A stretch of 64,000 nt of DNA from positions 7,967,337 to 8,031,336 of the forward strand of contig CM082586.2 in the NCBI GenBank assembly GCA_040954595.2. Reading direction: 5' to 3'. The DNA is from Balanoglossus misakiensis (Eukaryota; Animalia; Hemichordata). The notes under the pieces were generated by a model. The model saw nothing but the letters and a program-made list of their open reading frames with translations, searched no databases and had not been told where the DNA came from. Of the stretch, positions 14,601 to 28,170 are shown piece after piece. Numbering within the stretch: position 1 is the stretch's first letter; each line of letters begins with the position of its first letter. The position numbers and the translations under genes are program-made.

Positions 14601-17600
14601 TACAGCGATGACATGGCAAGAAGTTTGCCAGCTCCACCGCCGAGGAAGAAATTGTTTAGTGGAAGATTTGCAGACCAGCTTGTTCGACATTGTAACACTG
14701 TGTCTTTACTGGGGATGGTTGGTGATTAGGTTGATTGCAGCTATGCAGGTACATGTATGTCCTCAACAACTGAGAGGAACGTTATTTCCGCAAAAGGGTA
14801 TAGGGATTGTCTGTCACCCAGTGCGATTAAGAAGATACCATCGAAATATTGTTTTGTATTTTCCCCTTTGGCAAAATACTCATTTCGGTTTTTCCCTGAT
14901 AAGTCACCATTAGAGCGACCATTTCCACATGAACGCGCAGTATTCAGCTTGTTGCCAAAGCTATCTGTGCTTTACTGTTTTCCGATATGCTAAACCCAGA
15001 TTCGTTTTTGCTGTCAGAAGTAAATTTCCGAATTTTGTACTTGGCATTTGAATAAGTGTTTTGGTAGACAGGAAAAAAATGAAACCAAACTGCTATGGTC
15101 CCAAAAGCAATGAAAAGTGTTCACAACAATACGAATATACTGCTAATATTTCCCAGGGGTTCAACAACTATCATGTTTTTATCGTTCTACAGGTTGTAAT
15201 GTACAAGGCGGACGATCCCGACCCAACAGTGTCAACCGCTCTACTGAACCAGACAAATAACCAGACGTTGACTGGATTTATCGCCGGGGTGCCGCCCTCA
15301 ATGGCGACTTTGCTCGAAAGTGTGGGAAACGACACCGACTATGACTTTTCCGATTCATACGAGGAATCAGCAGTTTTTCGTGAAGTGATAAAAGACAAAG
15401 TAGACTTGATTTTGGACAAACAGAATGAGATGGAGCAACGATTCTATGACAAATTCGCACAGATCGAACAACTCATCGCGGTCCCTGCCGCCGAATCCCA
15501 ACCAGAATCGGTGACTGACGACAATTCTGATCTTGATGACGTCGCCAAAACTAGAGTACGCAGAGCAGCAAGATCCCGGGGAGCTGGGAGAAGGGGCGGT
15601 AGAACAGGACCAAAAGCACAAGGAACGTCTGTCATTGCGACGCTTCACGCCACCCATCCGTTACTTCTGGCCGAGGGTCTCCTTTCTCTGGCGAAAGTCT
15701 TTACCTTTCTTCGCTTAGTTCGTATTACCGTGGTCCACCTGCATATTGGCCCGATGCAGATCTCCTTCGCTAGAATGGGTGGAGACATTCTCAAATTCAG
15801 CGCCATCTTTTCGCTCATTTTACTGGCATTTTCAGTTGGAATGAGTGAATTGTACCATCTTTATACAGATGACTACCAAAGTGCATGTGATGCTAGTGAT
15901 ATGTCGAGGTGTAAGATACCCTATAGAAAGTAAGTGACGTTCACAAAAGGACGTTTTGAATAAACAAGTCCCTCCATCGAAGTGTAACTCGATCTGATTA
16001 AAATCAGATGTAGAGTTCGGCGCTGGTGATAGTTTTGGCTATTCTGTTCTCTCGGCTTTTCCTGTTCAGTTTTTTGTCTTGGCTGTTCTCGGGGCCCCTT
16101 CCGAACAGCCCAGCAAAAAATCAGCGAAAGTAAAAGCGGGGCCTAACTATTCATCTGCTTTTAATCAGATTGCGTTTTTCACTTGGTTCCTCATAACCTG
16201 ATTTGGACACAAGATAGTCAAAAGTGAAAGGAATACCAAGAGTAGGTTATTAATTGAAAGATAGATTTACGCGAAGAAAGGTTCCCTTTCATGCAAATAA
16301 GTGCCAGTCATGTTGACATCCATGTAATGCAGGTAACAGAAATGAAGAATTCGTTGTCGTTCACATAACAGTAATGTGTCACCAAAACTATATTTTTAAG
16401 CATTTTCCTGGAAAAACTGTCCTATTTGCGGTTTTTAATTCCGTTTATGTCGACCTTTATATCATTTTATTTCCATGGATAGACATGTACACCAACTTGA
16501 AAGAGCAGGGTCTACCCATTGTATACAAGCAGATTGGCAAAAGAGATCGCAATACAACATGTAAATGAGACAGCTTGACTGCCACCATTGTTTTTCACGC
16601 ATATCTTTCTCCGACTCTTCAACTTTGCAGCTTGCAGACATCGCTGTCATCACTGTTTTGGACGCTGTTCGGGATGACTGATCTTCGCAGTGTAGAGGTG
16701 ACGGTGGCCGAGCATTGGATGACTGAACTTGTTGGTTCCTTCCTCTTTGCTGTCTATCACATCGTTGCAATCGTGGCGCTGCTCAATATCCTCATTGCCA
16801 TGATGAGTAATACCTACACTAGAATCGAAGTTAGTATCTTAATGCCGATTTCACAGTGCATACAACCTTGCCCAGTTGCCCACTACAGAAAAAAAAAAAC
16901 ATATGTCAATTTTTTAAGGAACTATGTGCGCAGAACGTAAACTGGTAAACTGCGCCTGTCTCTCTTCCCATATGATTACATGGACAATAGCTGGCAAACT
17001 CGCTTCTACTATTGTCATTTTCATGAAATTTTACACATAGCTCAGTCAAATAAAAATAAATTCATTGGTCAAATAAAATCGTATGGTCACCTCACTCTAT
17101 TCTGAGAAAAACTTCGCTAATTATTTTGCCCATAGACAAGCCATTTGTGAAAAATGCTGACTCAGTTTTCTTCAATTATCGACTAAATTCACGGCCTTGT
17201 ACGTGTATTTTGAAAACAAGCTCGATGACCCCTATATTTTATTACGGATTTTCATTACAAATACAAATGAGAAACCAAAAAAATACAATGGCAATACTTT
17301 CAATTCAACTGATCGCACCTGATCGCGTGGTTCTTTGTTCTTTCAGGAAGATGCAGATATCCAGTGGAAATTTTCTCGATCAACGTTCTGGATAAGTTAC
17401 TACGAGGAGAATGCATCTTTGTATCCGCCTTTCAATCTTATCCCAACCATGAGTGACGTCAGATCGTTCTATGTGCAAGCATCCGGATTGTGTAAAGGAA
17501 AGGCATTAGATATCATGAGGGTGAGGTATATACATACACACAGGCAGGCAAACAGACAGACAGACAGACAGACACAGGCAAACAGACAGACAGTCAGAAA

Positions 17601-20600
17601 CACAACAGGCAGGCAGACAGACAGACACAGGCAGGCAAACAGACAGACAGTCAGAAACACAACAGGCAGAGAGATAGACATACACACAGGCAGGCAAGCA
17701 GGCAGACAGACAGACAGACAGACAGACACAGGCAGGCAAGCAGGCAGGCAAACAGACAGACAGTCAGAAACACAACAGGCAGAGAGATAGACTTACACAC
17801 AGGCAGGCAAGCAGGCAGACAGACAGACAGACACAGGCAGGCAAGCAGGCAGGCAAACAGACAGACAGTCAGAAACACAACAGGCAGAGAGATAGACATA
17901 CACACAGGCAGGCAAGCAGGCAGACAGACAGACAGACACAGGCAGGCAAGCAGGCAGGCAAACAGACAGACAGTCAGAAACACAACAGGCAGAGAGATAG
18001 ACATACACACAGGCAGGCAAGCAGGCAGACAGACAGACAGACACAGGCAGGCAAGCAGGCAGGCAAACAGACAGACAGTCAGAAACACAACAGGCAGAGA
18101 GATAGACATACACACAGGCAGGCAAGCAGGCAGACAGACAGACAGACACAGGCAGGCAAGCAGGCAGGCAAACAGACAGACAGTCAGAAACACAACAGGC
18201 AGAGAGATAGACATACACACAGGCAGGCAAGCAGGCAGACAGACAGACAGACACAGGCAGGCAAGCAGGCAGGCAAACAGACAGACAGTCAGAAACACAA
18301 CAGGCAGAGAGATAGACATACACACAGGCAGGCAAGCAGGCAGACAGACAGACAGACACAGGCAGGCAAGCAGGCAGGCAAACAGACAGACAGTCAGAAA
18401 CACAACAGGCAGAGAGATAGACATACACACAGGCAGGCAAACAGACAGACAGACAGACAGACAAGCAGGCAGGCAAACAGACAGACAGTCAGAAACACAA
18501 CAGGCAGAGAGATAGACTTACACACAGGCAGGCAAGCAGGCAGACAGACAGACAGACACAGGCAGGCAAGCAGGCAGGCAAACAGACAGACAGTCAGAAA
18601 CACAACAGGCAGAGAGATAGACATAACACACAGGCAGGCAAGCAGACAGACAGACAGACACAGGCAGGCAAGCAGGCAGGCAAACAGACAGACAGTCAGA
18701 AACACAACAGGCAGAGAGATAGACATAACACACAGGCAAGCAGGCAGACAGACAGACAGACACAGGCAGGCAAGCAGGCAGGCAAACAGACAGACAGTCA
18801 GAAACACGACAGGCAGAGAGATAGACATACACACAGGCAGGCAGACAGACAGACAGACACAGGCAGGCAAGCAGGCAGGCAAACAGACAGACAGTCAGAA
18901 ACACAACAGGCAGAGAGATAGACATAACACACAGGCAAGCAGGCAGACAGACAGACAGACACAGGCAGACAAGCAGGCAGGCAAACAGACAGACAGTCAG
19001 AAACACAACAGGCAGAGAGATAGACTTACACACAGGCAGGCAAGCAGGCAGACAGACAGACAGACAGACACAGGCAGGCAAGCAGGCAGGCAAACAGACA
19101 GACAGTCAGAAACACAACAGGCAGAGAGATAGACATACACACAGGCAGGCAAGCAGGCAGACAGACAGACAGACACAGGCAGGCAAGCAGGCAGGCAAAC
19201 AGACAGACAGTCAGAAACACAACAGGCAGAGAGATAGACATACACACAGGCAGGCAAGCAGGCAGACAGACAGACACAGGCAGGCAAGCAGGCAGGCAAA
19301 CAGACAGACAGTCAGAAACACAACAGGCAGAGAGATAGACATACACACAGGCAGGCAAGCAGGCAGACAGACAGGCAGGCAAGCAGGCAGGCAAACAGAC
19401 AGACAGTCAGAAACACAACAGGCAGAGAGATAGACATACACACAGGCAGGCAAACAGACAGACAGACAGACAGACAAGCAGGCAGGCAAACAGACAGACA
19501 GTCAGAAACACAACAGGCAGAGAGATAGACATACACACAGGCAGGCAAGCAGGCAGACAGACAGACAGACACAGGCAGGCAAACAGACAGACAGTCAGAA
19601 ACACAACAGGCAGAGAGATAGACATACACACAGGCAGGCAGGCAGACAGACAGACACAGGCAGGCAAGCAGGCAGGCAAACAGACAGACAGTCAGAAACA
19701 CAACAGGCAGAGAGATAGACATACACACAGGCAGGCAGACAGACAGACAGACACAGGCAGGCAAGCAGGCAGGCAAACAGACAGACAGTCAGAAACACAA
19801 CAGGCAGAGAGATAGACATACACACAGGCAGGCAAGCAGGCAGACAGACAGACAGACACAGGCAGGCAAGCAGGCAGGCAAACAGACAGACAGTCAGAAA
19901 CACAACAGGCAGAGAGATAGACATACACACAGGCAGGCAGGCAGACAGACAGACACAGGCAGGCAAGCAGGCAGGCAAACAGACAGACAGTCAGAAACAC
20001 AACAGGCAGAGAGATAGACATACACACAGGCAGGCAAGCAGGCAGACAGACAGACAGACACAGGCAGGCAAGCAGGCAGGCAAACAGACAGACAGTCAGA
20101 ATCACAACAGGCAGAGAGATAGACATACACACAGGCAGGCAAGCAGGCAGACAGACAGACAGACACAGGCAGGCAAGCAGGCAGGCAAACAGACAGACAG
20201 TCAGAAACACAACAGGCAGAGAGATAGACATACACACAGGCAGGCAAGCAGGCAGACAGACAGACAGACACAGGCAGGCAAGCAGGCAGGCAAACAGACA
20301 GACAGTCAGAAACACAACAGGCAGAGAGATAGACATACACACAGGCAGGCAAGCAGGCAGACAGACAGACAGACACAGGCAGGCAAGCAGGCAGGCAAAC
20401 AGACAGACAGTCAGAAACACAACAGGCAGAGAGATAGACATACACACAGGCAGGCAAACAGACAGACAGACAGACAGACAAGCAGGCAGGCAAACAGACA
20501 GACAGTCAGAAACACAACAGGCAGAGAGATAGACTTACACACAGGCAGGCAAGCAGGCAGACAGACAGACAGACACAGGCAGGCAAGCAGGCAGGCAAAC

Positions 20601-23600
20601 AGACAGACAGTCAGAAACACAACAGGCAGAGAGATAGACATAACACACAGGCAGGCAAGCAGACAGACAGACAGACACAGGCAGGCAAGCAGGCAGGCAA
20701 ACAGACAGACAGTCAGAAACACAACAGGCAGAGAGATAGACATAACACACAGGCAAGCAGGCAGACAGACAGACAGACACAGGCAGGCAAGCAGGCAGGC
20801 AAACAGACAGACAGTCAGAAACACGACAGGCAGAGAGATAGACATACACACAGGCAGGCAGACAGACAGACAGACACAGGCAGGCAAGCAGGCAGGCAAA
20901 CAGACAGACAGTCAGAAACACAACAGGCAGAGAGATAGACATAACACACAGGCAAGCAGGCAGACAGACAGACAGACACAGGCAGGCAAGCAGGCAGGCA
21001 AACAGACAGACAGTCAGAAACACGACAGGCAGAGAGATAGACATACACACAGGCAGGCAGACAGACAGACAGACACAGGCAGGCAAGCAGGCAGGCAAAC
21101 AGACAGACAGTCAGAAACACAACAGGCAGAGAGATAGACATAACACACAGGCAAGCAGGCAGACAGACAGACAGACACAGGCAGGCAAGCAGGCAGGCAA
21201 ACAGACAGACAGTCAGAAACACAACAGGCAGAGAGATAGACTTACACACAGGCAGGCAAACAGACAGACAGACAGACAGACAAGCAGGCAGGCAAACAGA
21301 CAGACAGTCAGAAACACAACAGGCAGAGAGATAGACATACACACAGGCAGGCAAGCAGGCAGACAGACAGACAGACACAGGCAGGCAAACAGACAGACAG
21401 TCAGAAACACAACAGGCAGAGAGATAGACATACACACAGGCAGGCAGGCAGACAGACAGACACAGGCAGGCAAGCAGGCAGGCAAACAGACAGACAGTCA
21501 GAAACACAACAGGCAGAGAGATAGACATACACACAGGCAGGCAGACAGACAGACAGACACAGGCAGGCAAGCAGGCAGGCAAACAGACAGACAGTCAGAA
21601 ACACAACAGGCAGAGAGATAGACATACACACAGGCAGGCAAGCAGGCAGACAGACAGACAGACACAGGCAGGCAAGCAGGCAGGCAAACAGACAGACAGT
21701 CAGAAACACAACAGGCAGAGAGATAGACATACACACAGGCAGGCAGGCAGACAGACAGACACAGGCAGGCAAGCAGGCAGGCAAACAGACAGACAGTCAG
21801 AAACACAACAGGCAGAGAGATAGACATACACACAGGCAGGCAAGCAGGCAGACAGACAGACAGACACAGGCAGGCAAGCAGGCAGGCAAACAGACAGACA
21901 GTCAGAATCACAACAGGCAGAGAGATAGACATACACACAGGCAGGCAAGCAGGCAGACAGACAGACAGACACAGGCAGGCAAGCAGGCAGGCAAACAGAC
22001 AGACAGTCAGAAACACAACAGGCAGAGAGATAGACATACACACAGGCAGGCAAGCAGGCAGACAGACAGACAGACACAGGCAGGCAAGCAGGCAGGCAAA
22101 CAGACAGACAGTCAGAAACACAACAGGCAGAGAGATAGACATACACACAGGCAGGCAGGCAGACAGACAGACACAGGCAGGCAAGCAGGCAGGCAAACAG
22201 ACAGACAGTCAGAAACACAACAGGCAGAGAGATAGACATACACACAGGCAGGCAAGCAGGCAGACAGACAGACAGACACAGGCAGGCAAGCAGGCAGGCA
22301 AACAGACAGACAGTCAGAATCACAACAGGCAGAGAGATAGACATACACACAGGCAGGCAAGCAGGCAGACAGACAGACAGACACAGGCAGGCAAGCAGGC
22401 AGGCAAACAGACAGACAGTCAGAAACACAACAGGCAGAGAGATAGACATACACACAGGCAGGCAAGCAGGCAGACAGACAGACAGACACAGGCAGGCAAG
22501 CAGGCAGGCAAACAGACAGACAGTCAGAAACACAACAGGCAGAGAGATAGACATACACACAGGCAGGCAAGCAGGCAGACAGACAGACAGACACAGGCAG
22601 GCAAGCAGGCAGGCAAACAGACAGACAGTCAGAAACACAACAGGCAGAGAGATAGACATACACACAGGCAGGCAAACAGACAGACAGACAGACAGACAGA
22701 CAAGCAGGCAGGCAAACAGACAGACAGTCAGAAACACAACAGGCAGAGAGATAGACATACACACAGGCAGGCAGGCAGACAGACAGACACAGGCAGGCAA
22801 GCAGGCAGGCAAACAGACAGACAGTCAGAAACACAACAGGCAGAGAGATAGACATACACACAGGCAGGCAAACAGACAGACAGACAGACAGACAAGCAGG
22901 CAGGCAAACAGACAGACAGTCAGAAACACAACAGGCAGAGAGATAGACTTACACACAGGCAGGCAAGCAGGCAGACAGACAGACAGACACAGGCAGGCAA
23001 GCAGGCAGGCAAACAGACAGACAGTCAGAAACACAACAGGCAGAGAGATAGACATAACACACAGGCAGGCAAGCAGACAGACAGACAGACACAGGCAGGC
23101 AAGCAGGCAGGCAAACAGACAGACAGTCAGAAACACAACAGGCAGAGAGATAGACATAACACACAGGCAAGCAGGCAGACAGACAGACAGACACAGGCAG
23201 GCAAGCAGGCAGGCAAACAGACAGACAGTCAGAAACACGACAGGCAGAGAGATAGACATACACACAGGCAGGCAGACAGACAGACAGACACAGGCAGGCA
23301 AGCAGGCAGGCAAACAGACAGACAGTCAGAAACACAACAGGCAGAGAGATAGACATAACACACAGGCAAGCAGGCAGACAGACAGACAGACACAGGCAGG
23401 CAAGCAGGCAGGCAAACAGACAGACAGTCAGAAACACGACAGGCAGAGAGATAGACATACACACAGGCAGGCAGACAGACAGACAGACACAGGCAGGCAA
23501 GCAGGCAGGCAAACAGACAGACAGTCAGAAACACAACAGGCAGAGAGATAGACATAACACACAGGCAAGCAGGCAGACAGACAGACAGACACAGGCAGGC

Positions 23601-25862
23601 AAGCAGGCAGGCAAACAGACAGACAGTCAGAAACACAACAGGCAGAGAGATAGACTTACACACAGGCAGGCAAACAGACAGACAGACAGACAGACAAGCA
23701 GGCAGGCAAACAGACAGACAGTCAGAAACACAACAGGCAGAGAGATAGACATACACACAGGCAGGCAAGCAGGCAGACAGACAGACAGACACAGGCAGGC
23801 AAACAGACAGACAGTCAGAAACACAACAGGCAGAGAGATAGACATACACACAGGCAGGCAGGCAGACAGACAGACACAGGCAGGCAAGCAGGCAGGCAAA
23901 CAGACAGACAGTCAGAAACACAACAGGCAGAGAGATAGACATACACACAGGCAGGCAGACAGACAGACAGACACAGGCAGGCAAGCAGGCAGGCAAACAG
24001 ACAGACAGTCAGAAACACAACAGGCAGAGAGATAGACATACACACAGGCAGGCAGACAGACAGACAGACACAGGCAGGCAAGCAGGCAGGCAAACAGACA
24101 GACAGTCAGAAACACAACAGGCAGAGAGATAGACATACACACAGGCAGGCAAGCAGGCAGACAGACAGACAGACACAGGCAGGCAAGCAGGCAGGCAAAC
24201 AGACAGACAGTCAGAATCACAACAGGCAGAGAGATAGACATACACACAGGCAGGCAAGCAGGCAGACAGACAGACAGACACAGGCAGGCAAGCAGGCAGG
24301 CAAACAGACAGACAGTCAGAAACACAACAGGCAGAGAGATAGACATACACACAGGCAGGCAGGCAGACAGACAGACACAGGCAGGCAAGCAGGCAGGCAA
24401 ACAGACAGACAGTCAGAAACACAACAGGCAGAGAGATAGACATACACACAGGCAGGCAAGCAGGCAGACAGACAGACAGACACAGGCAGGCAAGCAGGCA
24501 GGCAAACAGACAGACAGTCAGAATCACAACAGGCAGAGAGATAGACATACACACAGGCAGGCAAGCAGGCAGACAGACAGACAGACACAGGCAGGCAAGC
24601 AGGCAGGCAAACAGACAGACAGTCAGAAACACAACAGGCAGAGAGATAGACATACACACAGGCAGGCAGGCAGACAGACAGACACAGGCAGGCAAGCAGG
24701 CAGGCAAACAGACAGACAGTCAGAAACACAACAGGCAGAGAGATAGACATATACACAAGTAGGCAGGCAAGCAGGCAGGCAGAAGGACCAAAAGACCCTT
24801 TCTCTGAAAGAATTCACGACAACTAACAATGCTGTGATTCATGACGAAATTTCGTTCCATTTTTCAGCGGAAGAAAGACGAGAAGATAAACACCATGGAC
24901 AAAGAGTACAAGGTATTAAAATGATTTAGTTTTCTCGAATATACTGATAGGTTAGATTTTTAAAAGTTCCATCGAATTTAATTCGATCAAAATGCTATCT
25001 TGGAGAAAAGTCTGAAGAAAAAATAAGTGGCGGTTCTTTGGGGCCAGACGGTCAACACAGTCTCTTCTTTTCAAAATGACATCTCGCATACGTTGATATA
25101 GCATTAGACTGATATGACCTGATAAAGCAAAAAAATTGAATATGTTTGAAGGAAAATCTGTCTCCGAGGCGCAGACTACCGTAAGAAAAATCTATTTTAT
25201 TTGACGGGTTTTATTTTGGTCCCACATCTTTCTATCTAATTATGACATTATAGCATTTGAAAGTTAAATAATTTGTGCCATTATACATAAAACCTAACAC
25301 GTCGCAATATGGGAGTATATGAGCGCATTCAATGAACATATTTCTGTTGTGACATTGTTTTTTTTTACATGTATAGGTACTTATGAAAGAATTAGTACAA
25401 CGCTATTTCTTTGCTGTTTCTCCGTCGGATGATCCGAGAAGCGGCTTTCAAACCTGGATGCTTCAAATTCGAGAAGATGTCTCCAACTTCAAATACGAGA
25501 CATTTGAGGCGTTCGGTTACATCAACAAGACTGTGGATTCTCTTAAACATACTGTTGAGGGCACTGAAGAGGAAGCAGACGACAAGAAGAAATCGGAGAG
25601 CGCTGCAATCGGAGTAGGGTCACCATTTCTCCGCTGCATGGCAGCAGCGCTGAAAAGTGCCGAGGAAGCGAGGCTACCCGTACGACCAGACGTGTTCCGC
25701 AACCGGCGGAACGGGACCTTAGAGAGGCTTCGTTCACTGGATATCCCGTTCATTGATGTCGAGCACGGCCACCACCCGCACAACCAGCAGCCGAGAGACG
25801 CAGCAGAAGATGACTGCGCCGAAATCAAAGCCAACGGACTTGGTAGTGGAACTAGAGTGTAA
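5656..25862 (+). CDS. Transient receptor potential canonical (TRPC)-family cation channel, divergent; 10 coding exons, ~992 aa
   Basis: Exons with GT-AG boundaries and consistent phase: 5656-5839, 11161-11291, 13138-13638, 13888-14266, 14606-14748, 15193-15929, 16631-16829, 17347-17520, 24868-24912, 25377-25862. Motifs: ankyrin repeats (FLSAAEKGD, DVNCQDADGHSALALAV, DFHPDITPVVLAGHNNHYEILKIL), KFVAHPLVQQRL, HIGPMQISFARMGGDILKF, pore LFWTLFG, S6 LLNILIAMMSNTY, TRP box QWKFSR, LYPPFNLIP, MKELVQRY. Confidence 0.93.
9441..9582. repeat. Palindromic interspersed element (long hairpin)
   Basis: agcaataaaacacccccagccatggtataccac pairs with gtggtataccatggctgggggtgttttattgct. Inner arms include ttgaccagttc/gaactggtcaa and catatacgcac/gtgcgtatatg. 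Confidence 0.7.
11328..11417. mobile_element. Palindromic mini-element TAG..CTA with 9-bp TSD (Academ/AcademH-like MITE)
   Basis: Near-perfect ~40-bp stem tagcctggtctccatacccagtgtgtt.../...aacacactgggtatggagaccaggcta. Flanks acacgttcg (11319-11327) and acacgttct (11418-11426) match at 8/9. Confidence 0.75.
11490..11669. mobile_element. Kolobok-like MITE
   Basis: ttaaaggtatacgatcacctat...ataggtgaccgttacctccttaa imperfect TIRs with TTAA flanks. A related left end lies near 29236. Confidence 0.6.
15991..16172. mobile_element. MITE with (C)AATCTGATTAAAATCAGATG-type TIR (related to 63380-63616)
   Basis: atctgattaaaatcagatg at the left end and catctgcttttaatcagattg at the right end. Confidence 0.6.
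16914..17305. mobile_element. Kolobok-like MITE, inverted relative to copy at 32792-33163
   Basis: Colinear similarity to the reverse complement of 32792-33163. Both copies give the same spurious MPIDKP.VKNA..TPIFYYGFSL ORF. Confidence 0.65.
17533..24781. repeat. Intronic compound minisatellite, ~97-105 bp unit, roughly 70 copies, with higher-order repeats
   Basis: Unit agtcagaaacacaacaggcagagagatagacatacacacaggcaggcaagcaggcagacagacagacagacacaggcaggcaagcaggcaggcaaacagacagac (17761 to 17866 = 105 bp). It fills TRPC intron 8 (17521-24867). Confidence 0.97.
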
Positions 25863-28170
25863 ATTCGCTAGCAGTCATTACAGGAGTTTCAGCCGCCAAG
25901 TTTTCGATCCAAAGCATCCAATATAAACCACACATATGGTAAAACCTGTGTTAGTCCATGGCAACCTCAACATAGTGGCCATTCTGTTTAAAGTCCCCAT
26001 GTAATTTACATGTGGTCACCCATCTATAAAGGCCAGTTTAGGAAAGTCCCTTGACTGCCCACTTAGACATGTTCGACTGTATATAAAGTAAAAAAAAATT
26101 CCTGTTACAGTTCTTATTGTACAAATATAATTACTTGTAGACATGGTTGATTCTAAACAAGCATATTTCCACATCACTCATGTTCCCATTGATATTCTAT
26201 TGATGTGTTTTTTAATTAACTTATCGTAAAAGTGGTAGTTCCAATGGTAACAATTAACTTTGGACTTTTGCCTAGGCGAATATAATTAACATTCAAATAG
26301 ACTTTTAAGAACGAATATATTTCTGATGAATGTAATATTCCACCGAGAATTATTATTCGTGCATTGAAATAATCATTAGCTGTGTAATATATGTGTGTTG
26401 TTCAGCATACCATGAATTGCCGTATATTATGGTAAATGGGTACATTATCTGGTTACCATGGGTACATTCTCTTTCATTAATTGTGTGTTTTATTCGACAG
26501 TTCATGCGACAAGGGGGTGGATATTAGCATTGCCAGAATTATAAAAATTAATATGTAAATTTGTAAGTAAGTCCATTTCATTTAGTAACGGGCGGCGTGA
26601 TGTTTCAGCCCACAGCGCCCTCATGTGACCATTTGATGATATTTTACTGGTCCACTCTGCGAATATATGAATAAATTCAACGCCTGCTATGGTATACCAT
26701 GATAAGCTGGTTTATTTTCGTTGTTGTATAACTAATGCTTGAAGCATAAGTGACAATTTCTCAATTAGTGATTACTAGCCAGATTGCAATATTTTCAACA
26801 TCCCTTGTTTATCACATGCTATCTTGTATGGGGAGATACATTTTTGATGCATTGACTCTTGCAATTTAAACATGAGTTCTCTGGTGTACAGAACACTAAT
26901 TCTATTGTACCGTACTATGTACAGTACATAACGTGAATGCAATATTGAAGTCAACAGCAATTTCCTTTCAAAAGCAGTAAACTCATAAGGTCTTATCTCT
27001 CTTTGCCTGATGATCATGTCAGTCATCTTGTTATTCTTTGAAATTTAAAAATGAACGAAACAATTTCAGTGTTACTATGTTCTTCACTGTATCTGATATG
27101 CAATCTCTTCAAGACATTGTCATGGACTGTCTAAGTACATGACAAACAATGTTTACATCAATACACTTCAAGCTAATTCATGTTTACATATTGTTTAAAT
27201 GAGAAAATAAAAATTGTAAATGTATATTGGCAACTTTTCATAGAACAATAACATACACTTTACGAGTAAATATCCTTGGAAAATAATATTTCTAAGAAAT
27301 TAGACAAATTCAGTCTGAATCCTATTCATTCCCATGTATTACACGTTCCGATGCATTGCAGTATGTAGTAAAATCTGACCCAGAATTTGAATCTGTTTCT
27401 GACATCATGTGAATGAAATTACATAGCGAATTCAAGGTAACACAAATCACATTACATCTCGAGCTTGATCACAGACAGTATGCTGTATTGTTGAGGAAAA
27501 ATAATTCTGGTTTATGAAACCAAAGCAGCTCAAGCTCTCCTTGCTTTTATTTACATGAGACATTGATCACACACAGGATAGAAAGGCACAGCTAGATGAC
27601 TTCCTTATAAAACAACGTAATTTTCAAACACATGTCAGTTTCTTTCTGAAAAGTTGTTAACCTTGAGATACTGTACAAATTATATAAAATAATAAAATCT
27701 AGAAATCCAAATCAAGCCCTTTGATCATTTGTATACAGCAATAAAATTTAACAAAAATAAAAACTTCATTTGCATCTAATCACCATGAATGCATATGATC
27801 ATTTATTGGATAACTTGGTCCCATGTTACTAGACAACAGTCAATATCAAGACTATCAGAACTAGATATTAAAATGACAAGCTACTGTAGTTACTTGGCAA
27901 TTGCCAATCAAAGCCAACAGTTAGTGAAACAACAACACCTCAGGTAACTGAAATAAGACAAATTAGAAGTAAATTCTGTGATTGTTCAAGTAATGACTTT
28001 GTTTAGAGTAAACATACATGTCATGTGCAATGTACAACTACATGTATATGTTTTACAAAACAATCAACAATTTTGGAATAAGGATACTGCAAACGTAGTA
28101 CTCCTAAAATGTAAACATTGTTTCAGAATTAACACACTGTAGTACAATAACAATATTATCAAAGGTGAGA

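Noticed and set aside
17533-24781. CRISPR-like array (constant core with variable intervening sequence)
   Set aside because: The variable parts are only tetramer copy-number changes, not unique spacers. There are no cas genes and the context is a eukaryotic intron.
17469-24829. Dozens of Cys/Leu/Val-rich minus-strand ORFs (up to 370 aa)
   Set aside because: They are translations of the minisatellite, whose minus strand has almost no A and so few stop codons. They lie antisense within a TRPC intron.
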